A DNA stretch of 55,778 nt, counting the filler, from Sphacelaria rigidula (Eukaryota), in assembly GCA_964200075.2 (NCBI GenBank). It is 6 parts of 6 records of this genome, joined end to end, with 100 filler letters (N's around TTAATTAATTAA, not from the genome) between each part and the next. Parts side by side here need not be neighbours in the genome. Positions count along the whole stretch, not along the records: positions 27,942 to 37,154 come from CAXNAA020009032.1; positions 37,255 to 46,466 come from CAXNAA020009033.1; positions 46,567 to 55,778 come from CAXNAA020009034.1; 3 more parts are not named here. The stretch is one strand, 5' to 3'. Made by a program: the position numbers and the translations under genes. The number at the start of each line of letters is the position of its first letter. Position 1 is the first letter of the stretch. A model generated the notes under the pieces. That model made no database searches and was not told where the DNA came from. It was given only the letters and a program-made list of their open reading frames with translations. Positions 36,150 to 46,930 of this stretch are shown piece by piece.

Positions 36150-36620
36150 GGAGGGAAAGTCAGGAACTATGATCTCCCTCGGATTCTGGTCAAGTAGCAT
36201 CGTTATGGAAACACAACAGACAGGGCGTGTCTAGCCTTCACACGGCATAGCGCTATCAGCAAAAAAAATCCGTTCAGAGTGTCCTACATTCAACTCCGAA
36301 AACATGGGATACCATTTGTATGTAGTATCTATCCACAACAAACACCTGTATCAAAAACCCAACAGAAAAATAACTTCTCGCCCTCAACGAAATTAGCCGC
36401 CTGCTCGACTGTTCTCCGCTGCAAGGCTCTCTTCGAAGTTGACCTCCTGACGCTCCCATCTGTCCTCACCAGCGTCCATGGCCAACCCAACCGCCCATAC
36501 TCGCCGGCGTCCATGATGCGAAACAGTGCCCCCTCTGCTTCCGTTCGTGCTGAAACACTTAGTCCTTCGTTATGCACTCTGGTTCTGGCCTATATTAAGT
36601 TTCTCATTCAGGAGGCTCAA
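36150..36620 (-). mobile_element. Possible decayed non-LTR (LINE) 3' fragment
   Basis: LSVSARTEAEGALF...GRLGWPWTLVR resembles the post-RT region, followed by CLLC...ES...H resembling a CCHC knuckle. Contains stops. Confidence 0.35.
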
Positions 36621-36849
36621 CCAAACCTAACCCGTCCGTCGACGACCGCTTCTTTTTCAATCATGCACACCCTGGATAATAGACGGCATGTATTGCAGTA
36701 GCAATATAATCTGCTGCAGTAGATGCCAATGTTGTCGTCCGTAATGGCCATCGGTCGGCAAGTTTCTCTTTCTCTTGTCGGCAATGTCTATCGATCGACC
36801 AGTTTCACACACTTTTGTCCGGGCAGCAGTATGTTGTGGCCCTACACCG

Positions 36850-37050
36850 AAATCTATTGATGACGGCAATGGCTATCGATAGACCGCGTGCCAAATCTAT
36901 TGATGACAACGATGGCTATTGACAGATTGTATACCAAATATACTGATGACGGCAATCGCTATTGATTGATTGCGTACAACATTTATGCATGGCGGCAATG
37001 AATATCGATATATGCATACCAGAATCTACTGTGGTATACAATGCCTACCA
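36850..37050 (+). repeat. 43-bp minisatellite, ~4-5 decaying units
   Basis: AAATCTATTGATGACGGCAATGGCTATCGATAGACCGCGTGCC and variants. Confidence 0.85.
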
Positions 37051-37080
37051 ATGGATATCCTCTGTCGTCTATTGCTGTCC

Positions 37081-37154
37081 AAGTCATCCTACGATAGGGG
37101 GGGGGGTATTTGGTTGCACGAAAAAAGAGGCTCATAATTGTGTCAGACATCCTT
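37081..37154 (+). mobile_element. Terminus of a TIR element truncated by the contig end
   Basis: AAGTCATCCTACGATAG(G)nTATTTGG... matches 27753-27826. Confidence 0.75.
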
Positions 37155-37254
37155 NNNNNNNNNNNNNNNNNNNNNNNNNNNNNNNNNNNNNNNNNNNNTT
37201 AATTAATTAANNNNNNNNNNNNNNNNNNNNNNNNNNNNNNNNNNNNNNNNNNNN
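37155..37254. other. Artificial contig spacer
   Basis: 44N-TTAATTAATTAA-44N. Confidence 0.98.
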
Positions 37255-38717
37255 TTTTTCTTTGTGGTTGTGGGAGGTGGAGGCTCCTCCCCCCCGCAAG
37301 ATGATATTTTTCTCCCTTCCCTTTTTTTCCCCCCCCCCCCCCCCCCCCCCCCAAACGTCATCACACGGGTGGTTTCCACCGTTCTCGAAAGAAATAGGGG
37401 TGTTGGTTACGTCATTTGTTCATAAATGACGATGCCCCCGAACACGCAAGAAGCATCGTTGAACTGGTCTCACCCCCTTGCCATTTATTCGTGCCCTCTC
37501 ACCCTCTGAAATGGAATTAACGCATCCCTTCCCAGAGCGATCTCTAAGGTGAGGGCAACACTTCATTTGAGAACAGGAACCGTATCAAAGGAAACCTCAC
37601 GAACTAGTTAAGTAGCCGTCATCTCCCTGTTTTTTCGCGTGATTACTGCACACCCTGGACAATAATCCCACAAGAACTAGACTGCCTACAGAATCGGCTA
37701 TTGCGAACATTGCAACATACACTAGATTTCGTACTGTACGCGGTACACTTTTTGGCAGAGGAAATTATTGTCCAGGATGTGGATGACAGACAACCCAGGA
37801 ATATTATTTATATATATTCCCCGTGGTTACGACACACCGTCAAAACTTCTTGACCTTTTCCTACTGCTCCGTAACCACGGTGCCCCGCACCGCCTCCCCG
37901 GGCATGAAATCGAAGCATCCTCTCCTAACGGTATCAGTGGGGAGGGGTGTTATCCGGCGTGAGTCATACGAAGCCTGACACAGATCAATCTCAATGCTTC
38001 ACCGGTACCGATAGAAGAGACCCCAGTCCACCATGAGCAATTTCGCCTTTCGTTTTGTTTTTCAACGGGGACTACAGACATGTGGGTAGATATTGTTTCC
38101 CCCCCTTTCGAAGCACGTGCTCGCATCATCATCTACCGTCTGGGCCTCTTTGTGCAAATGGCGATGGCACCGATGACTGAGTGGTCACTGGAACTCCTGC
38201 GTTCTATATGCTGCTTCGAGACCACCCCTCCCGATGATGAGATGAGCATATCTCCTCCCTACATACCATTCACACGGGGAACGGATGTGTGCTCATGATC
38301 TTCGCACGCTGGATGAAGAATTTCATTTTGATGAAATGTACTGCGTACGAAATGGAATCTGTTGTCGATTGCAACAGGCGCGAAAGTCGATACCGTACTG
38401 TGCGCGGCACACTTTTTGACTGTACTCTATTATTGCCCAGGGTGTAATGACCTTGCATTTCGTGGTCGTACGACCCATCACCCGGGAGGGAGGTGTCGTC
38501 CGTCGTATTGGCCGTTGACGGGCGGACTCCGTGATGCTCTTGATTGCATGAGAAGTATCGTCGGGACATTGACACCTTCACGACGACTCAGGCCGCTCCT
38601 TATATCAGACAAAAACAAAATCTGAAAAAGTGCCCTTTTCGAGCTTTTTCGTCGTTTCACGCCGCAGAAGAGAGCTAGGTGGAGTTTGACACCTTGAAAT
38701 GACTTGCCCTAGTAGTT

Positions 38718-38914
38718 GAGGCGGTTCCAGGATGTCTTCCCGTTTTCCGGTGGGCGCAGTTTTCATTTTGACCAAACAAGAATTTTTGTCGAAGAGTGAT
38801 GGAAGAACAGTCAAATGCAGAAAAAATCGCCACTTTTCTCGGAAGAAAAATCTTGGCTGGCCAAAATGAGAACTGTGGCCACCGCAAAACGGGAAAATGT
38901 CCCAGAACCGCCTT
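38718..38914. repeat. Foldback inverted repeat (~56-bp imperfect arms)
   Basis: GAGGCGGTTCCAGGATGTCTTCCCGTTTTCCGGTGGGCGCAGTTTTCATTTTGACC versus reverse-complement AAGGCGGTTCTGGGACATTTTCCCGTTTTGCGGTGGCCACAGTTCTCATTTTGGCC. Confidence 0.8.
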
Positions 38915-39910
38915 GCCTTGCTCTCTTTCGGGGCGTAAAACGACGTGGAGGCTCGGAAAAGGCACCTCTTCAGATTTAAAGTTTTGTCTGTTGTAAGGAA
39001 TGGCCTCACTCTTGAAATAACCAGTAGCACCACCGTTTGTTCTAGACACGAAAAACGCTAGATACCACCCTCTGGGACGGCTACTTGCCCATCGTCCGAG
39101 TCCGTTGGCTCAACGTTCACGTGAAACATACCTTCGTGTTGAAATTAATTTCTCGATAGTCGTAGATGTGTTCCGCGCTATTCTTTCTACTCTCGGGGCC
39201 TTGAATACGCTGCAACAACTGGAACAAGAGCGGGGGGCAACATTTGGCCGCGAGGTAATCTAAATCCAAATCAATTTGTTTGAACCGTTCGGTCCATGTC
39301 CTGAAACTTGACGTTTACGAAACCCGGCTTGATCATATTTCGATTAAAGTTATCTCTACCCCTTCTTATTTGATTGCTCAAATGTGAGGAACCACCTACT
39401 GCCAATGTCGCACATTAGGTGATCACTTTCCAGTAAAAAAAGGGGTTGAACATAACGAAAGACACGTCGGATTCGACGTGTTTTTTACACATTTGTGATC
39501 GAAACATGACTTCATTTTTCCAATTTCAAGTCGGAATGGCGTCCGCGGGACTCTGGCCTGGAATGCAACACCGTGGAACTACCCTCTTGTCAGGATTCGT
39601 ACTCTTCGCCTTCCGTCCGTAGTGGTCTTCGATGTATGCTATGTACGTGTGTAGTCGTTTGATCATCGGGCTCCCGACCACAAAAGGCTGCAGACACTCA
39701 ACCACACCCTGGACGAGAAATTACAGTGGAAAAATCCACCGTGTGCGGCATGAAATATTTTGTCTACTGGCACTAGATGCGATTGGGCGATATGTCCGGG
39801 ATACAATTGTAGAGGTGTTTACTCTTTAGACCACCGGCTTGCGGCCGCAATTGGCTGCAGTCATTCAATTACACCCTGGAGAAAGAATCACGGCGAAAAA
39901 ATTCACTGCG

Positions 39911-40325
39911 GAGTTTTTCTACGATAGCCCCGGGATATAAGACATGTAAGCGGGTTTTGTGTGATGTATGAAAGAACTGCGATGATTGCGCACATGTTTA
40001 ATGTATCGATCAGGAGTAGGAACGGTGCTCCGTCTCGAGAGAGATACATTGCCAATGGTCAAATGACTACGGTAAGCAACAAGTAAGTATGCCCCCCCCC
40101 AAACCAGCCCAAAACTGTCACAACGAGAACGATCATAATGTCCATGATGCTTGGTTCCAGGCCGCGTGAAGCGCCGTACATACGCGACATCGACGGGAAA
40201 TGAACCCCTGCTTGAGAAGTCTCAGCTGCTCGTTGTGCTCAACTCTTCTCATTTTGATTTACTTGTAGATTTTACTCGCTGGAACGAGCCACTTTTGAGG
40301 AGGGGGGCTATCATGGAAAAGTGTC
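39911..40325 (-). mobile_element. Composite MITE: inverted copy of the 5036-5249 family with ~160 bp of extra sequence inside one TIR
   Basis: 40325 back to 40190 aligns to 5036-5171, and 40091-40135 aligns to the reverse complement of about 5187-5233. Outer end GAGTTTTTCTACGATAGCCCC at 39911. Flanks TGCG and TGCA form an imperfect 4-bp TSD. Confidence 0.7.
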
Positions 40326-40329
40326 TGCA

Positions 40330-41310
40330 ACGGCATGGAATATATGATTTTGACAGGGTAAGCTATTGTTCAGGGTGTGCATCGAACACACACCGCCGGG
40401 GAATGACGAGATCCGAGGCGGGATCTATGGCGGAACAAAATTCCTTCCGGGCCTCATGATTCCCTGTTGTTGCGACTGATTTTTCCTCGATGATCCTAGT
40501 GCACTCGTGAGGTAGTTCTCAGTCTTCGTGTGTGTCTCGGAGGAATTCGACCACCCTGCACAGTGGTGAGGGCGTCATGTAGATACCCCAACACCGTCCA
40601 CGAGCACATCGACTTCGTAACAACTTGTAATTATCAAGCCAAGGGGAGAGGTATTACGAGATGCACTCACATATGTGGGAGGAATTGTGCACTCCCCCTC
40701 TCCCTGAAAGTTCGAGACTCGAAATGGTACTTCCAGTTGTGGGATCCCTGCTTGTGATTATAAACTGAACTTGGCCGAGAATTGTCAAAACTTACTTGTA
40801 AAGTGGCGTATGGACGTGAGGCATATTTCCACAGCCTGAAGATGTGGAAGCCACCACCCCTTGCAGATCATTCCAATGAAAGTGGAGCACGATGCACATC
40901 ATCCCAGGGTGAACGGCGTTTCGGAATGTTCGAAGATTCGTCATCAAGAAATTGTTGCCGCCTGTGGTACAAAGATTGTAGACGTCGGATAGCTCATGAG
41001 CAACGTGGACATTATTACTTCTTTGAGAACTGATGAGGATCATGAGCTAGCTCATTTGGCCACTATTTCCGTATTAGCTCCCGAAAGCGATGGACGCCGA
41101 TCACGTGGTGTAACGCGTCGGCTTCTTGGACACTGCTGTCACGTGTTTTGAGGTTTCGTAGAAATGATCTGGGAGTTCTCTTCGATTAGATATCAGGTAG
41201 TTCACGAGCTGTCCGGCATGTGAAGGGTTGTCTTTGACGGTACGGACCTCGCGTCCTTGTGCAAATCGCTGCGGAAATGGGATGTGACGATCGTCGCCGG
41301 GTCGCATCGT
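40330..41310 (-). pseudogene. Possible decayed Sola-like DDE transposase
   Basis: Ordered motifs GGNNFLMTNL...LQVSFDNS...VLGYLHDALTTVQGGRI resemble the GxNxxxTxL...LQxDN...VGHTHxxxDxxFGxI pattern. Many stops and frameshifts; recognition by eye. Confidence 0.35.
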
Positions 41311-41859
41311 GACCGTTATTCTTCGGATTTCTCCGCTTTTGTGTTCAGTGTTTCATGTGTAATCTTTTCGAAATATTGGTGTTCGTGCCACTTCGCATCC
41401 CCAGTTTGGTCTATAATGGGGGGGCAGCGAGGGCATCTTGAGTTGGATTTCTGCGGGGTGGCGTGCGCTTCACGTCAAATTTTGACATATGGAAGTTATC
41501 TGCCTTTATCTGCATACGTTTAGGTTTATCAAGATGTGACGAGCAGATCATTTCTACTTTTTTTGTGTAGTATTTTTTCTCTCGTCGCTGCAACGTGTGT
41601 CCTCTCTCGGGTAGGTGTGCTCACACCTTGGTGGTCAGAGAGTGGTTGACGGGGCGTTCTCGGAAATTTATCATTTTGAATCCCCGCAAACCCCAACCCT
41701 GTCTGTGATGCTGTCCTTCACCCTTCACCAAGGCATACCTGAACTATTGAGCAAGGCAGGGGCAGAGGTTCTCTTGACAAAATCATCTCGCCGTCTCGCG
41801 TTGAACCCATACCCACCTCCACCCCCTTCACTTTCCTGATATATCTGCACTTCCTGCAG

Positions 41860-42572
41860 GCCCCCATCGCTCAGTCTCACGCATCCCACATACTAGACAA
41901 CAGCCCCGCATCCGCAGCCGCCACTGGCGGGGGAGACGGCCGATCCTCACCTCATCTCTCCAACGGAGAAGTTTCTTCATCCCCCTCCGGTGGGGGCGGA
42001 GCCGGCCCGGACTATCGCAGCAAACTCAATGGCACACCCGGGGTTTCAAGTGCTGCAGTGGGCAGCGGGGATGAACAGCAGGGTAACTCTGAGGGCGGAT
42101 CCTCCAGCTTGTCATCCCGAGTGCAGGCAGCCGCCGGCGGTGTGGCAGCCATGGGCAATGGTCCTCAACGATCTGCTTCGCCCCACGGGTTTCCCGACGG
42201 GGTGTCCGGTGGTGGTGCTGGCGGCGGGGGTGTAGCTGCTAGTGCTGGTGCATTTGATATTCCTCATGGCGGGGTCGGAGGAGGGAGTGGTGACGGCCAT
42301 CATCCACTCCATGGTCAACAGCAGCAGCATCAGCAGCAGCAGCAGCAGCAGCATTTTGTGGCGCAGAATCGGCATTCGGCGGATGGATACGTCGGTCGGG
42401 GTCCTGGGGGTGACGGACTTGTGTCGTCGATGAGTGCGCTGTCGTTGGGAAGTGATGGAGGCGGTGGTGGCGCCGGCGGTGCAGCGGGCACCAAGGCGTT
42501 GTTGCAGTATGGCGGGGGGGGTGGTGGGAACAGATTGGATATGTACGGGAACCACATGGTGGACGGGTCGAG
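41860..42572 (+). CDS. Exon A of a Gly/Gln/Ser-rich low-complexity protein (possibly a Pumilio-family N-terminal region)
   Basis: Acceptor TTCCTGCAG; open frame APIAQSH...polyQ...LVSSMSALSLG...MVDGS; donor AG|GTGCGT (phase 2). Confidence 0.75.
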
Positions 42573-43535
42573 GTGCGTGTCGGCGTTTTTTTTTTTCGAG
42601 AGAGAAAACATGGGCAGACAGATGAAATCGACGGAATTGAAGGAGCTTGCTCCGTTGAACGTAGGCGGCTCTTGTTGTGTTGGATATTTTGTGTCTTCCG
42701 CTGAATGTTCAATTGGGTTCGTGGGACTTGGCTGATGGATGCTCGTGGATATTCGGCGTTGCACGCACCATCCTAAGATACTGGCAAAACGTACTCAAAG
42801 CGTCATCACTCTCGGATATCCTCAAGCTGGCCAATTGTAGTGTGTTTGCCGTCTGACATCCAACGTTGGACGTCGTTCGGGTCATGCGTTCATCTGAAGG
42901 TGCTCTCTCTGCCATGCTCAGCGGAAAATACGTGGAGAATTAGCTGGGAACGCAGAATGCTGAGACGTTGTCTTCTCTTTTCGTCGCGGGAGATATTTAC
43001 ATGATTTGTGTCCCGTTCTGTCATCAGTATTCCTCAAGGGCATCCAGTCGGGAGCAATTTTAAACGTGCATACGGTGCCGGTGCCGGGAATCAAGAATGA
43101 GAGGACGGTTTTCGGCCTCGAAAACGTACATGAAATGCCCAGACAAGGTACAGGAATCAGGGAAGTAGCAGCCGTCACGCTGGGCGGGTGATAATGCATC
43201 CAGAACACTGACGGCACCCTCTCGGATAATCGTACTTCCACATACTCTTTCCTTGCCTGTTTTCCCGGACGAGCCGCATAACTCGGAAGGGGGGCAACGC
43301 TACATATATGTATATATATATATGTTCCAAAAACAACGGAAATGAACTCCAAACGATATCAATTTCGGCCTTGACGTTGCGAGCCTCGACGAGGGGCTCC
43401 CCAAACCTTGGAGACGATGCACGTGCATTCCTTGTCTCTTATTTGTCGTTCACATGTTCGATGTCTGCTGCTGCTGCTGCTGCTGCTGCTTCTGCTTCTG
43501 CTGCTGCTTCTGCTTCTGCTGCCACCGGACACCAG

Positions 43536-43692
43536 GGGCGGAGGTGGGCATGGTATCATGCCACAGTCACCCTACAACGCACCGCAAATGTCACCGTATG
43601 GTGGAGCCCAAGTGCCCCAGGTGGCGTTAATGGGTGGCGTACCACCGTTGACGCCGGAGATGCATCCGTCCAGCATGATGGGGTACCAGCTG
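43536..43692 (+). CDS. Exon B of the same gene
   Basis: Acceptor CACCAG after a CTG-rich tract; phase 2 in; GGGGHGIMPQSPYNAPQM...MMGYQL; donor GTGAGA (phase 0). Confidence 0.78.
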
Positions 43693-43885
43693 GTGAGATG
43701 GAGACTCTCGAGTTGGTCGGGTAGGACTTTTATTGCTTGCTCTAAATTTTCCCTTTTTCATTTTCATGTGCTTTTTTCGCCTCTGGCACTGTCGTATGCA
43801 CACAGCTGCACGTCGATATCCTACTTTGGGATATCGAAGGCGTGACAAGCTACTTCAGGAAGCAGATGTGAGCCCCGGATAGACG

Positions 43886-43971
43886 ATTTCGGAACTGAAA
43901 CTATTTCATTCATCAGTTGATCGCTTCTCAATAATGATCGTATTCCTAGACTCTGAATCGCACGAGAACAT
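43886..43971 (+). repeat. Diverged intronic copy of the 6043-6337 element arm
   Basis: ATTTCGGAACTGAAAC...ATCGTATTCCTAGACTCTGAATCGCACGAGAACAT. Confidence 0.65.
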
Positions 43972-44321
43972 TTTTCATGATGGATTTTCAGATGGAGGGT
44001 GGGTTCTGATGGGCCTGTCTGTTTTCACATCATTGTTCCGTTTCAGCATGCGTGATGGACCAGGATTTGATGGTACATCGTGCGAGTCCGGAGGAATAAG
44101 ATTGATGATGTTGATCTTGTGCGAGCATTTAACCGTGGCACTTTGATCGATCTAATCCTGAACAAAAAAAATTGCGGTTGAATTTCGATGCAATCGGCTG
44201 TGCCCACTCTCGTCCCACCCCTTCATCCACCATTGCTCGTTCCTAACCTCCTCGTGACACTGTGCACTACCCCCTCCTTGTCATCCTCACCATTTTTTTT
44301 GTCTCACGACATACTGGACAG

Positions 44322-44534
44322 GATCCACGGCACTTGGTCCAACTGCCCCCACCTGACCCCCGATTCGATGCGAGAATGCCCAGCGATCGCGGCAGCCTGG
44401 GTGGAGGTGGAGGCGGGACGGGGATGGGTGGCGCTGACCCCGCGTCGCACATGCGCGGTGGTGGCGGAGACCCTCGAATGGGGGGGTCCGGAGCAGGGGC
44501 TTCGGATGGTTCACCGTACTACCCTGGACAACAG
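44322..44534 (+). CDS. Exon C of the same gene
   Basis: Acceptor GACAG; 71 codons DPRHLVQL...SPYYPGQQ; donor CAG|GTTGCT; phase 0-0. Confidence 0.75.
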
Positions 44535-45380
44535 GTTGCTCTTTGGTTGACAGGAATAAAGTAGAAAGAGAGAGCTGCTGTGCCTGGTGGGTTAGGAGTA
44601 GTACATGACAGGGAGGTACACTAGAAGGTTGCTGTTCGAGGTGCGCGAGCCAGGAGTATTTTAAAAACGTCATCTCTCGAGGAAACGTTTCGACCAGCCC
44701 AAAGACGAGCTGTCCTTCATTGCCGGTTTTGTTTGACTCATTGGCGAGATGATTGGTGCATTTCGAGCCGAACAATCTTGGTACGATGCAGCTCACCCTT
44801 TGTGCAACCGCCGAACACATCACGGCACATTGCTTCGCGCTAGGTCATTGCGGGCCTGGTGCGGCGAAAACCTGGCGTGGTCCGTTCTGGCTTTGTAGTG
44901 ACGCGAGGTCAAAAGTCTTACGACAGTCGTGAAAAATTATGAGTACACCCCTCGGCTTCCCTCCCCCACCCAGCCGACTAACGCTTTGCGGCATGTAAAA
45001 TGTGAATGTTTTCTTCAAAGCGTGCTTGATACAGATAATGCAGACGTTTCCACGTCGGCAGCAACAGCACCAGCAGTACCACAACTCTCACCTGCGCCCC
45101 CGACTGTACCTCTGTGCTTCTCTTCCGTGAAATGGTCTCGGAGCCCAGCGACAGGCAAAATCCCAAACTTGGTCGGTTGTCTTGTGGTGCATGCATGCAC
45201 GCACTGTCGCGTGTTGAACACCTCAACACTACGCTGCGGTCCCGCGCCCAGCCTTGCCCTCTCCCCCTGCTTCCTTTCGGAAAGGATGTGTGTCAGTGGT
45301 CGAATGATCGATGGAAGACAGAGAACAAATGAATACGACCTCCCCCCCGCTTATCTCCACACGCGCATCTTCGTTACCAG

Positions 45381-45951
45381 GGCTACGTAGACCCGCGTTA
45401 TCGGCGCGTGCTCCAATCCCCGCGTGGAGCCGCAGCGTACGCTGACCCCATCATGTACCAACAAGACCACCAACCACAGCAGCAACAGCTGGCATCGCCC
45501 ATGCTAGGCTCTCGTAGAGTTCAACACCAGGATAACGGTATAAGCAGCAGCGGAGCAACGGGGGCTGGCTACGGATACGCGAGCAATGGCGGCGGCGGAA
45601 GGGGAGGCCGCGGTCGGGTTTCGGGTGGTGGTGGTGGAGGGCACCTTGATCAGGGGCTCATGTCATCCCCTCGCGCAGGTCCAACCGGTGGTGGTGGCGG
45701 AGGGGGTGGAGGAAGGGACCCGTACTATGGGGCCGGGGTAGGGAGCGGAGGTCGGGGTTACAATGCCCTCGCGGGCGGCGATGTGAGGCTTGGGGGTGGT
45801 GGTGGCGGGGGGAGTGGCGGAGGAAGTGCTCGGTATGGAGGAGGGAGGCCGATGGGTGTCGGTGGGGCAGATGATATGGGAGACATGCACCGTGGGGTTG
45901 GTGACATGCGAGATATGGGCAGGGGGGGAAACGGAGACGGAATGATGCGAG
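45381..45951 (+). CDS. Exon D of the same gene (RGG/Gly-rich)
   Basis: Acceptor TTACCAG; GYVDPRYRRVLQSPRG...GDMHRGVGDMRDMGRG...MMR; donor G|GTAAGG (phase 1). Confidence 0.8.
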
Positions 45952-46354
45952 GTAAGGGGTAATGACGAGTCGGAGAGGGGAGACGGGATAGGAGTTTAGA
46001 CGCGTAGAGTTTGTGCAGGAGACATGAAAGCGTGGAGCAGTAGCATGTTCGCCGGCTTGATGAGAGTGCAAAGGACATGCGAAAGTTGATTTTTTGTATT
46101 TGGAGTTGATTCGAATTGTCCCTGAAAACCTAGAGAACATGGACTGAGGATGACACGGCGACATCACAGCATTAACTCAGAGCTCACGGAATTCCCGAAT
46201 ATGCGGTATGGGCTGCTTCGATATGCTGCCCTCCCCCCCCCATCCACGTTGAGTAATTTCTGGCCGTCCGATATGCATTGGCCCCTCACCAGCTTTCCAC
46301 TTTTTCATCGAAATGAAACTATGTTTTATTCAAATCCATGGTATTATGTCGCAG

Positions 46355-46443
46355 CTGACATGCATCGCGGGGGTGGACACGCCATCGACGGAGACATGCG
46401 CTCCGTCTCGAAAGGGATGCGTGGTCAATGGTCAAATGACTAA
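46355..46443 (+). CDS. Exon E of the same gene, running into a dispersed repeat that supplies a stop codon
   Basis: Acceptor GTCGCAG; phase 1 gives ADMHRGGGHAIDGDMR (echoing DMHRG of exon D), then repeat-derived SVSKGMRGQWSND-stop. Confidence 0.6.
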
Positions 46444-46466
46444 GGCAAGCAACAAATGAGTACGGC

Positions 46467-46566
46467 NNNNNNNNNNNNNNNNNNNNNNNNNNNNNNNNNN
46501 NNNNNNNNNNTTAATTAATTAANNNNNNNNNNNNNNNNNNNNNNNNNNNNNNNNNNNNNNNNNNNN
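46467..46566. other. Artificial contig spacer
   Basis: 44N-TTAATTAATTAA-44N. Confidence 0.98.
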
Positions 46567-46834
46567 GTGTCACCATGTATAACTACGTAGTACGATCATC
46601 CCCATTGTGCGGAGTCGAGGTTCTCCCACGCCGCACAACATGATCTAGCTCGACTACCATCATGGTTACCGCAGGAAAAACGCAAGCGCGCGAGTAAAAA
46701 GAAACGGCGACCTGGTTGCCTAGCTTACGCAGTAAGTGGCGTGTTTGATAGCGTCATCGCCAACCGACGCCAACCCCATCGGGGTCCGCCCCTACAAAGC
46801 CGGGACGGAGCACGGCGGTTTTTCGCCAGACCAG

Positions 46835-46930
46835 GCTGTGATCTACGATATCGCAGGGGGGGGCGTACTCATTTATTGCTTGCCTTAGTCGTTTGACCAT
46901 TGACCACGCATCCCTTTCGAGACGGCACCG
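46835..46930 (-). mobile_element. Terminus plus ~70-bp subterminal segment of the dispersed repeat family, abutting another repeat (46788-46834, related to 29281-29328)
   Basis: GCTGTGATCTACGATATCGCAGGGGGGGGCGTACTC..., then the reverse complement of 46400-46466. Confidence 0.65.

Noticed and set aside
35185-37050. 41-bp and 43-bp repeat arrays as CRISPR-like arrays
   Set aside because: Units are contiguous and homologous along their whole length, with no unique spacers and no cas genes, in a eukaryotic context.
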